Shown here one piece after another: positions 25,191-37,700 of a DNA stretch of 64,000 bases. Numbering within the stretch: position 1 is the stretch's first letter; each line of letters begins with the position of its first letter. This DNA is from Octopus bimaculoides (taxonomy: Eukaryota). The DNA lies in assembly GCF_001194135.2 (NCBI RefSeq), contig NC_069006.1, positions 11,330,487 to 11,394,486 on the forward strand, written 5' to 3'. A program made the position numbers and the translations under genes. The notes beneath the pieces are model-generated. The model was not told the DNA's origin and did no database searches. It saw nothing but the letters and a program-made list of their open reading frames with translations.

Positions 25191-27969
25191 AAGTTATGTA
25201 TTTCAAGATAGGTGAAGTATGCAGAATGGACCTGCACAAAACGTTGAACTTTTCTGTAACTTATGGTACAAAGACGCCGTACTTTCCGACATACAAACCA
25301 AATTTTTCAGACCAAAATTTACAGCCAAAAAAGGTATTTTGACTTATACACCAAGGCGACTTAGGAGGACCAAAAATTCCATGTGAAATGCACTGTTTGG
25401 CAGTGACGATGTTTGAATGTTTACACTTGGTACCTCGTCGACTTGCATGTCGGAAAATACTGTGTATGCACACACAAACACACACACACATAGAGATAAA
25501 CATAGAAATTGTGTGCTTCAAGGTACGTAAGGTATGTTAAATGGACTGTTGAAAACGTACTTCTTGCTCTTCCTCACGGCAAAATAATTTAGTCTGTTCG
25601 ACAAACTTTTAAAACGTAAATAACCAACAAAGCCTTTATCTCAACAGATTACATAAACGCATACAATCTATTTAATGATGGGTAACATTGAAATAGTTAA
25701 TGTTTTTTTTTGTCTCTCTCCTTTGCATGTTTATTTTGACGATTGTGTTTCAACGCAAATAACACGAACTGAGAGCGCTTAATTCATTCAAATATAAAAC
25801 ACGAATGAGTAAAGGGGAATAAGAATTTGGAATAGAATGAACATGAGATATAAGAATTTTCTCTTAAAATTAACGATAAAGAATGAAGTGTGTTTATAAC
25901 GAAACACTTTGCTTTGTTCCATCAGTTGCCTGTGTGTTCAATATAAAGAATATGAGGAGTTTAGTTCACTGCTGATCTAAACCAGTGGTTCCCAAAGTGG
26001 GCGGTACTGCCCCCACCCCGCTTCCGTGTGGCGGGGGAAGGCCTCAGGAGGGCGTTGAAGAAAAGTTGGGTGATAATGGGGTGGCCGAAATGAGGCAATG
26101 GATGTAAAAAACCAACTTCCAAAATAATGGATTAATTATGTTAACTTTTGTTTGTGAAACAGTTGTTTCGACTTTGCTGCAGAAAGTGGTCTGTTTTTGG
26201 TGGAGCCGGGGTGGGCAGCCTGCAACGGTTTGGGAACCACTGATCTAAAATAGGTTCACTGCATAAGTGCTATAATTGGTCATCCGTTAGGTTCCCAGTT
26301 CACAGCTAAGGCAGGAGCTAGGGATCCGTATTAGGCGTCTGAGTTAGCAGGTATATATACATTTCCTCTAATATAATATATGTATATATAACACTGAAAA
26401 GTGATTTAGAATTATATATACACACATACATACTCTGTTATTGAAAATACATCTTTATCATTTAACGTCAGTTTAACATTCTGGCATGGGTTGAATAGTT
26501 TGACAGAATCCATGACTGCCTCATGCTCCAGTGTCTGCTTTAGCAAGGTTTCTACAGCTGGATGCTCTTTCTGATGCCAAACACAATGCTATTTTTGTGC
26601 TACCAGTACTACTCAAGTGCCATGCAGCTTGCAAGAGTATGAATTCCAGAAGGGTTGCTTTATGCTAGGAGATAAAGGGGTTATGCATGAAGGAAAGGAC
26701 TGAGGCAGAACAAGTTTCTTGCTGTGGAGGAGATACATGATGCCTCACGTTTTAGAAGAAAGGGTGAAGGTAATTGAAGTGGGTAACAGAAAGATAAAAA
26801 TAGGTGAGCTGGCAGAAACTTTAGCACACTGGGCAAAATGCTTAACGGTATTTCATCTGCCATTATGTTCTGAGTTCAAATTCCGCCAAGGTCGACTTTG
26901 CCTTTCATCCTTTCGGAGTCGATATTTTAAGTACCAGTTACGCACTGGGGTCGATGTAATCGACTTAAACCCTTTGTCTGTCCTTGTGGGCAATAAAGAA
27001 ATAAGAAAGATAAAAATAGTGGTGATGAAGTGTCTCAGTGGACTCTCAATGTATGAGACAAGTAGAAGGGGGGGAAGAAGGACTGGAAGTGTGGTGAGTA
27101 GAGATTGCAAGAGTGTATAGAATGCATGAGTGTGTGGTAAGAAGCTTCTTCTCATTCACATGGTTCTGGGTTCAGTCCTACTGTGTGGCACCTTGTTCAA
27201 GAGTCTTCTACTATAGCCTGGGACTGGCCAAAGCCTTGTGAGTAGATCTGGTTGACAGAAACTGAAAAGAAGCCTGTCATGTGTTTATGCCATCATTATT
27301 TAATGTTCACCTTCCATGCTGGCATNNNNNNNNNNNNNNNNNNNNNNNNNNNNNNNNNNNNNNNNNNNNNNNNNNNNNNNNNNNNNNNNNNNNNNNNNNN
27401 NNNNNNNNNNNNNNNNNNNNNNNNNNNNNNNNNNNNNNNNNNNNNNNNNNNNNNNNNNNNNNNNNNNNNNNNNNNNNNNNNNNNNNNNNNNNNNNNNNNN
27501 NNNNNNNNNNNNNNNNNNNNNNNNNNNNNNNNNNNNNNNNNNNNNNNNNNNNNNNNNNNNNNNNNNNNNNNNNNNNNNNNNNNNNNNNNNNNNNNNNNNN
27601 NNNNNNNNNNNNNNNNNNNNNNNNNNNNNNNNNNNNNNNNNNNNNNNNNNNNNNNNNNNNNNNNNNNNNNNNNNNNNNNNNNNNNNNNNNNNNNNNNNNN
27701 NNNNNNNNNNNNNNNNNNNNNNNNNNNNNNNNNNNNNNNNNNNNNNNNNNNNNNNNNNNNNNNNNNNNNNNNNNNNNNNNNNNNNNNNNNNATGATATAT
27801 ATATATATATATATATATCCGTGTTTTTCTCCTTGTCTCCGTATTCTTTCTGTTGAAGAGCGTAGCTCGAAACGTCAAAGACTTTCCGTATTCCCGAGCG
27901 TCATACTAATATATACTTTTGTTATTTACACCACCTGTCCTCGTCTGTTGTTATTATTTGTATATTCTC

Positions 27970-28006
<37 letters not shown>

Positions 28007-31000
28007 CGTGGATGTGTGGTAAGAAGCTTGCATGGCACCTTGGGCAAGTGCTTTCCATTATAGCCTTAGGCTGACCAAAGCCTTGTGAGTGTATTTGGTA
28101 GACAGAAACTGAAAGAAACCCATTGTATGTATTGAGTCATCCCATAAATAATGTTTTTTTAAATTTCTTTTATTTTTCAAAATTAAGATAAACTAAGTTC
28201 TTTTTTAATCTAAAATATACTCTCCTTCATTTTCTACAATGTTCTTCCATCTATCTGGTAGACTTGCAAGGCCCCTCTTCCAAAATTCACCTGTCCGTGA
28301 TGAAAAATACTCCTTCTGTACTGTTCTCATCTCGTTTACAGAGTTCATATTTTTTCCATCCAAATGATCGTTGATGGAAGAACACCTTTCGTCTTGAAAC
28401 CAAAGATGGTCGTTGTACTTCTAGCGCTGGCTTAAGTTACTCAAGCTGCTCACAGTAGATCTCCTTTGTTATAGTTTGGTTTCGGTTTATAAGTTCAAAG
28501 TGAACTAAGCCTTTCATATCCTACCAAACAGATAACAACACCTTACGTGGGTGAAGACCTGCTTTAGACTGAGGTGCTGGTGTTTCTCCTTTCTCTTCAG
28601 CACTTGACATTTTTATACAGAACCCAATTCTCAGCATCAGTTACTATTCAGTCCAAAAAAGGTTCGTTCATGAGACATGACTGCAAAGAAGAGCACATAT
28701 TCACTCTGCACACGATTCACCCAATTTGCTGACTTTTCTGATGGCATGCAGGTGTTGATAAATGGTTGAATGACCAAATCCAAGCTTCTCTGCTATTTCC
28801 TCAACAGTTATGATGGGATTTTGTTCCACCAGCATTTGCAGGACGTCCTCAGATGAGGCTTGTCTTCCAGGCTGTAGTTTCTGGTAGAATAAGTACCAGA
28901 CTTTAAAAAAATACATACTGATGTCAATTCATTCAACTAAAAGTCTTCAAGGCAGTGCCCCAGCATGGCCGCAGCCTAGTGACTGTCACGTGTAAAAGAT
29001 AAAAGATATAAACATCCCATACTCTGTTATTGAAAAAATATGTACAGACCCCACCCCCTGAAAGGATGAAAAGCAAAGTTGACCTCGGTGGAATTTGATC
29101 TCAGAACGTAAAGACAGACGAAATACTGCTTAAGCATTTCGCCCAGCATGCTAATGTTTCTGCCAGATTACCACCTTCAATGCAAGAAATATTAATGGAA
29201 CGCTCCTTCCAAAAATGTCTACATAGTTTGCCTGATATAGTTGTTTGGGACAGAAAAATAAATCAAAACTTGTATAGTCATAAAGGTCAGCTGCTTTGCA
29301 CTTGTGAACTTTCCTTCTAAAATCTAGAACTTGAACAATAGATACTTGCTTTTAACCCATCTGAAAACACCCTGGCTGTATGATACAAGATACTTGTTTT
29401 AAGTAATGTAAACTAGAAACTGCCATCAACATTTCATGTTTATATTCCAAGCATCAGCTTAATAATAACAAAGTTATTTCGCTAAATTCTTCATTCTTTT
29501 CAAAATTAATTTTAAAAAGGTGCAGTGTATTTTATTAGAAATACGGGTACAAAAGGATCAGGACTTAGATCCGTCATGTGCCCAAGGGCTCTAAGTCTGG
29601 AGCTTAATTTGGTTTCCATGGCATATAAATGACAGAAATTACAACTCCCCTGCCACCACAACCACCACCACTGGATGGGTCACTAGTCCATCACAAGGTT
29701 AACTTCCCAGCTATTGCTGAAACTCATTTACTGTTGATTTTCAGTGATGGTGATGTTTTCTATGATGAATATTTATTGTCCAGCCTGACTGACATTCTAA
29801 CCATGGCTGTCCTATCATGTTGTTTCCAAAACTGAGTTATGAGTCATCCAATATATTCATTCATCTTTAACCATTTGCCTGCTAAATCATTTTCACAAGT
29901 TTGTCCTAAATGTCCATGCTTGTCTTCAGACTTTTCACGAGCCCTTGTTTTGTAAGTTCTGAGTGATTTCTTAAGGGTCAAGTTACTCTGGTGGTTGAAC
30001 AAAATTGGGAATGTGTGTCATATATGGATACCAGGGAAATATGTCCCTTGTATCACATATGATACACAGGACAGGCAAAAGGTTAACCCATTAAGTCCCA
30101 CTGTCCTATAAATAGGACACTAAATGAGAACATTAAATAAGCTATATCACATTGTCTCAGTGTCCTATAAATAGGACACTGAGTATTTCCATTTCTACTT
30201 GAAGTAAAGGAGTTTTAATAATTATTTTTTTCATTTTAACCTATTTTCAATCATTTGTAAAAATTTAAAAGTAATATTCAGAAATTTAAATACTCTGAGA
30301 CTTAATGGGTTAAGAGAGGTAAAGTGAAGATTGAGGGAGATTTAGTTGTTATTTCTGTTAGAAAGATCACCTGTGTAAAGCTTCCTCTTGTGCAGGGCTG
30401 GCCAACCTGAGGCCCGTGAGCTACATGCAGCCCACAGACTTTTATCCTGTGGCCTGCTTGATACCTTCTTGAAATGAATTTATTTAAACAAACATTTTAA
30501 AAATGTTATCAAAATTTAAAGATTGTAAAGAAAAGTAAAAAAGAAAGATACTACTGTTTCTACAACGATAATATTTCATGTTGAATCAACGATTATTCAT
30601 TCATTTTTGTAATAATAGCATGAGAGAGAAAAATGCTTTCAATTCAGTCAGTACACAAGTGGCCCTCAAAAAACTTTCTCTGATTTAAGTGGCCCATAAT
30701 GTAATTCGTATTGGCCAGGCCTGCTCTTGTGTCAACACCTATTTAGGAGTAACTGTTTACCTTCTCTTGTAGCCAGCTGTTTTATGATGGTCATCAAACA
30801 ATTGCATCCAGCCTTGCTACGACTGTCCGATGTTATCCAGCCTGTCCACCCTCGGACCGTTTGATGAAATTATTACAGATTGGACTTAAAACTGAAGAAG
30901 GTATGTATGTGGATTTTATGTTTTGCTGGAGACAAAAGTATGTGTATGTCACTAGTGTAGCTAGTGTGTGTGCCACCTGGGGTGGCCCTTCCATTTGCCA

Positions 31001-31494
31001 CCCCCAGACCCCCACAAAAAACACATATTACCTATAGCAGACTCAAAAGTGCTGCCCGGAGGGAATCGCACCCCCAACCCAGCTACACTAGTGGTGTGTG
31101 TGTGTATGTGAGAGAGAGTATGCAGTGCCATGACATTCTGGACACGGCAGTGTGATTAAGAAGCCTTTTGGTTCAATCCCACTGCACAGCATCTTGGGAA
31201 AGTATCTTCTTGCATAGTCTTGGGCCAACCAAAACCTTGTGAGTGGATTTGGTAGATGGAAACTGAAAAAAGCCTGTTTGATGTGCTTTTCCTTTTGTTT
31301 TCTTGTTTCAGTCATTTGACTGCGGCCATGCTGGAGCACCACCTTTTTAATCGAACAAATCAACCTCCAGGACTTATTCTATGTAAGTCTGGTACTTATT
31401 CTATTGTCTCTTTTGCTGAACCGCTAAGTTATGGGGATGTAAACACACCAACGCCAGTTGTCAAGCAATGGTGGCGAGGACAACACAGACACAG

Positions 31495-31525
<31 letters not shown>

Positions 31526-34500
31526 CACACACACACACAGTGAGCTTCTTTCAGTTTCCATCTACCAAATCCACTCATAAGGCTTTGGTTGGCCCAAGGC
31601 TATAGTACAAGGCACTTACTCAAGGTGCCACACAGTGGGACTGAACCCGGAACCATATGGTTGGGAAGCAAGCTTCTTGCCACACAGTCTTGCTGTGCCT
31701 ATAGTTTTATATATACATTTCAAAAATGTGGACTATTGGACTTTTTTTTTTCCTTTGGACTTTCCTATGTTTCCTTTTCCTGAAGAAGAGCTATGCTCGA
31801 AACGTAAAACAACCACTCTTTTCCTTCTCTGAGTGCCTTATTAATACTTTACATGTGCTACGTCATCATGTTGCTGTTTCTTCTTGGTGTCTTTTTCTCC
31901 ATTTTTTAAAATTATATTTGTATGTATATTTAAATTTTCCATATTTGTATATCTACTATATGGATTTACATGTATCATGCCTTGAAACTGTGTGGACTGA
32001 GATCCCTGTAGACAGGCTGCTGATATTCAATAAAATGTTAAATACTTATTACCTGCAAATCAGTAGACCCAGTTCTCTGTAGCTACTGGATTTGTTGTGT
32101 ATACAAGCTTCACTGGATGTGTAATGTCAGTGTGCATGCATGACAGAGTGTAAGTGTCCTGAAAGAAAAGTTGGGCATAAGAGGCATCAGATGTGGTGTG
32201 CAAAAGAGACGACTTCACTGGTATAGTCATGTGATGCATATGGATGAGGACAGCTGTGTGAAGAAGTGTCACACTCTAATGGTGGAGGGAACCTGTGGAA
32301 GAGGTAGACCCAGGAAGACATGGGACAAGGTGGTGAAGCACAATCTTCGAATGTTGGGCCTTACAGAAGCAATGACAAGTAACCGAGACCATCAAGCAAA
32401 GTGAGATCGTAGTCATGGCTTATGCCAGTGTCGTGTAACTGGCATGTTAAAAGCATCCTTCAAATGTTGGGTGATATGCTGTGCTTGTGAAGACCTGTCA
32501 AGTCAAGTGAAATCATAGTCATGGACATTAAATGATGATGATGATGATAAACAGATTGGTTACTTGTTTCTCTGAGATTGACCAAAGTGATGTTGACACT
32601 TCAAAAATTAATTAAGGCTGTTCATCATTGTTTTTTGAGTCCACAGGAAAATAATGAAATTTGCCATGTTTGTACATTTACTACGTAGATTCTATGTGTG
32701 TTTGTGTCCCTTGTCTGGACATCTTTTGATGGTTGTAAACCAGCTTCATGCAAGTGAAGTTGTTTGTTTCCAGTCTTCCATGAAAAACATGTCTGGCCAC
32801 AGGGAAATGTTGTCTGGCTTGGAAACAGATACAGGTTAGCTACAGGAAGGAATGGCTGCTATAGAAAACCGGCCTCAATAAACACCATTCAGCTCATGCA
32901 AGCATGGAAAAGTGGAGATGATGGTGGTGGCAGCGGCAGAACAGCAGCAGTGTGTGTGTTTTGAGAGCAAGAAAAAATTAGTGATGTGTTTGTGTGAGAG
33001 GGTGAGAGAAAATTAATGCCCTGTGTGTGTGTGTGTGTGTAAGTGAGAGGAAGGGAGCAAGAGGAAATTAATGTTGTGTGTGTATATCATCATAATAAAT
33101 TTTATGTCTGTTATTTCACGCTAGCTTGGCTTACACAAATCACCACACTCTGAATCAATAGCTATTCAGATTTACTGCCCCTCCTAGGCTGGTCAGGGAC
33201 CACATCCTGCTTCTATATTCCATTTCAACATGTTTTTCTATAGCTTGATATCTTTTCTATCCCCAACCACTTTATAGAGTGTCCAGGGTGGGTGCATTTT
33301 ATTGTGGCACCAGCTTTAGAGACTAAAGAGAACTCCCTACTCTGTGTTGCCCCTGTTTGTTTGTTCACTAGGACCAGATCTTTTCTTTCTTCCCTAATAG
33401 ATAGAAGAGAGAGGGATAGCAGAAGGCAGGAGAAAATGGGGTAATAGAGAGGAGAGTAGAGGAAGAGAGAGAGAGATTGCTGCATGATGGTTGTTGGTAA
33501 GGAGATTGAATAGAAATGGCATGAGTGATGTGATGGGAGGAAGAGTGGTAGAAGAGGGAGAGAGAGAGAGATGAATGTCAACAATGAATGGTAGAGGAGG
33601 AGGGAGTAATGTGAGAAATACTGGTGTATAACAATGGAAATAAGAGAGTGGGAGTGGCAGATGTGTGTGTGTGTGTGTTTGATCAGTGTCCCAGAAGGAA
33701 ATCTTATATTTACATTCTTTTTATATTCAGAAAATCTGACAGACTTACAGAATACATACTATAGGTAGGTGTGAGTCTGGTTGTGTTTGCTGGTTTGTGT
33801 AGATTTGTGTGTGTATTTATGTATGTGTCCATGTGTGTGTGTTTGTGCATATATATATATGTGTGTGTGTGTGTGTATGTATACATGTATGTATATTTAA
33901 CATGTGTATGTATATTTGATATTGGAGATTAAGAGCTAGTTACGGCTTCATGATAATAATAATAAAGTTGAGAGTGGTTATTCTGGTTGAAGTGGTTGTT
34001 AGCGTTGGCTTTCTGCCAAACTGTCTGCTGTCCATTACCGACACTTGAGAAATGTTGGTTTGTAGAGCAGTGTCAGCTGAGGAAGTAGATAAAGTACGCT
34101 GCCACCCCCCACCCCCGCCGATGCTAAAGTCAGCTGGTGAGGGCAGCGGTGGTGTAGGAGCCTCTTGTTGTTCAGGTCAACCCTTTTCCAACAGACTTGT
34201 GATGATTCTCCTTTAGTGACCATCCCATCTTTGTATGTATGTATATTATACATGTGTGTGTGCGTGTCTTTGTGTCTGTGTTTGTTCCCCACCACTGCTT
34301 GATAACTGGTGTTAGTATGTTTATGTCTCTGTAACTTAACGGTTCAGCAAAGCAAACCAATGGAATAAGTACAAGGCTTTGAAAAACAAAAAGCACTCTG
34401 GTTGATTCATTCAGCTAAAAAATTTTCAAGGTGGTGCTCTAATGACTAAAACTCTAATGCTCGAATGGTGTTTTTTACGTGCCAGTCAGGCTAAATGAAA

Positions 34501-34735
34501 TCATAATTATGGACAGTACCAGTGGCACATAAAAGGCGCCCATGCCGGAGACATGTAAAAGGCACCCACTACAATGACTAAAACAAGTAAAAGTGTGTGT
34601 GTGTGTAAATTCGGTGTGTTGCATATATATACACGGTGTGTATATATATATATATAACTGTCCAATGAACGGGAACATGAAACTCGGAGTAACAGTTTTT
34701 TTTGTTATATTTCTGCTGCTTTTAAATAAAGTGTG

Positions 34736-34771
<36 letters not shown>

Positions 34772-37700
34772 CATACACAATAAATGAAAAAATGTATGAT
34801 AAATAAACAAACGACATAACATATAATGAATGTAAAAACGAACAGGAGACACAGATCTTCTGTTTGTCTTCCATCCATGTTTACATTCAGTATATGTTAT
34901 GTCAATTGTTTATTTACCATACATTTTTTAAATNNNNNNNNNNNNNNNNNNNNNNNNNNNNNNNNNNNNNNNNNNNNNNNNNNNNNNNNNNNNNNNNNNN
35001 NNNNNNNNNNNNNNNNNNNNNNNNNNNNNNNNNNNNNNNNNNNNNNNNNNNNNNNNNNNNNNNNNNNNNNNNNNNNNNNNNNNNNNNNNNNNNNNNNNNN
35101 NNNNNNNNNNNNNNNNNNNNNNNNNNNNNNNNNNNNNNNNNNNNNNNNNNNNNNNNNNNNNNNNNNNNNNNNNNNNNNNNNNNNNNNNNNNNNNNNNNNN
35201 NNNNNNNNNNNNNNNNNNNNNNNNNNNNNNNNNNNNNNNNNNNNNNNNNNNNNNNNNNNNNNNNNNNNNNNNNNNNNNNNNNNNNNNNNNNNNNNNNNNN
35301 NNNNNNNNNNNNNNNNNNNNNNNNNNNNNNNNNNNNNNNNNNNNNNNNNNNNNNNNNNNNNNNNNNNNNNNNNNNNNNNNNNNNNNNNNNNNNNNNNNNN
35401 NNNNNNNNNNNNNNNNNNNNNNNNNNNNNNNNNNNNNNNNNNNNNNNNNNNNNNNNNNNNNNNNNNNNNNNNNNNNNNNNNNNNNNNNNNNNNNNNNNNN
35501 NNNNNNNNNNNNNNNNNNNNNNNNNNNNNNNNNNNNNNNNNNNNNNNNNNNNNNNNNNNNNNNNNNNNNNNNNNNNNNNNNNNNNNNNNNNNNNNNNNNN
35601 NNNNNNNNNNNNNNNNNNNNNNNNNNNNNNNNNNNNNNNNNNNNNNNNNNNNNNNNNNNNNNNNNNNNNNNNNNNNNNNNNNNNNNNNNNNNNNNNNNNN
35701 NNNNNNNNNNNGGTGGAGTGGTAGATAAACAGGACACAAAGACACACACAGATGTGTTTATCATCATCATCATTATTTAGCATCTGCTTACTGTGTTGGC
35801 ATTTGCTAGACAGTTTGACTGGAGCTGGAGAGCTGTACCAGGCTCCAACCTGAATTTGGCTTGGTTTCTACGGCTGGATGCCCTTCCTAGTACCAACCAC
35901 TCCAAGACTGTAGTGGGTGCCTTTTACATGTCTCCGGCATGGCCGCCTTTTATGTGCCACTGGTACTGTCCATAATTATGATTTCATTTAGCCTGACTGG
36001 CACGTAAAAACACCATTCGAGCATGATCATTACCAGCGTCGCCTTACTGGCACTTGTGCTGGTGGCATGTGAAAAATATTCAAGCGAGGTCATTGCCAGT
36101 GCAGGTGGCACGTAAAAGTACCCACTACACTATCGGAGTGGTTGGCATTAGGAAGGGCATCCAGCTCTAGAAACTCTGCCAGATCGGATTGGAGCCTGGT
36201 GCAGCCATCTGTTGCGCCAGTCCTCAGTCATACCGTCCAACCCATGCCAGCATAAAAAGCGGACTTTAAACGATGATGATGATATATATATATATATATA
36301 TATGTGCACATACACACACGATGGGCTTCTTTCAGTTTCCATTTACTAAATCCACTTACAAGGCTTTGGTTGGCCCTAGGCTATAGTAGAAGACACTTGC
36401 CCAAGGTGCCATGTAGTGGGACTGGACCCAGAAGCATGTGGTTGGGAAGCAAGCTTCTTATGTGTGTATATAAGATTTTAAAAATTACGTAGAACAACGA
36501 AGGACCACATGGAAAAATCACACACAAGACATGGGCATGCTCTTCCCTCATCAGTTATCATCCAGATATCAGAACAATTTCATGTCTTTTACAATAAAGG
36601 CATCAACAGCAAAAAGATGTTGGGAATAAATGAGTGAACGTAGAGGACAGTACCAAGAATGAACAAGCAATAAACGGACAACGGAATAAGACAAGACGTA
36701 ATAGAGAACTACTCAGTTAGTTGGTACATATAAAATATGTGGCTGGTGCCAGTGTCATATAACTGGCACTTATGCCAGTGGCACATAAAAAGCACCCATT
36801 ACACTCTTGGAGTGGTTGGCGTCAGGAAGAGCATCCAGCTGTAGAAAACATGCCAAATCAAACTGGAACCTGGTGCAGCTTACCAGTTTTAGTCAAACCG
36901 TCTAACCCATGCCTGCATGGAAAGCAGATGCTAAATGTTGATGATGATGATGATACAAATAAAGGCCTTATTGCTACACGCACGCACGCACGCACACACA
37001 CTGTATTTGATGTCATATAAAGCATATCTTTTCCAATATGATATCTAAAATAATCACCCTGGGTCCTAAAATGCAAAGTTGAGCTTCCCAAAAACTTGGT
37101 TGTACTAAAATCTTTTTTCTTCTGAATATGCTCTGCTGAAATTAGAGATTGCTTAACTCTTTAGCACTCTGATTACTCTATGAAATACAATGCTTATTTA
37201 TTCATATTGATTTGAATTAATCATGTATTATTTAAAGTGCTGATCACTTAACCCTTTCATTACTGTATTTATTTTGAGATGCTCTGTGTTTCTTTCAATT
37301 ACTTTAAATATAAGAAAGAATTTAGTAAAATAACTTAGTTATCATTCAGCTAGTGTTAGGAACATAAATTGTGACTAAGGTTTGGTGGAAGATTTTAATT
37401 CAAAACTTATGAAGACAAGACATTTGTACTACAGAGCCAGAGGTGGTTTCTGCCAGGTTGGTAACGAAAGGGTTAATTTAGATCACTTTAACCCTTTTGT
37501 TACTATATTCCTGTTGAGATGCTCTGTGTTTCTCTCAATTACTTTNNNNNNNNNNNNNNNNNNNNNNNNNNNNNNNNNNNNNNNNNNNNNNNNNNNNNNN
37601 NNNNNNNNNNNNNNNNNNNNNNNNNNNNNNNNNNNNNNNNNNNNNNNNNNNNNNNNNNNNNNNNNNNNNNNNNNNNNNNNNNNNNNNNNNNNNNNNNNNN

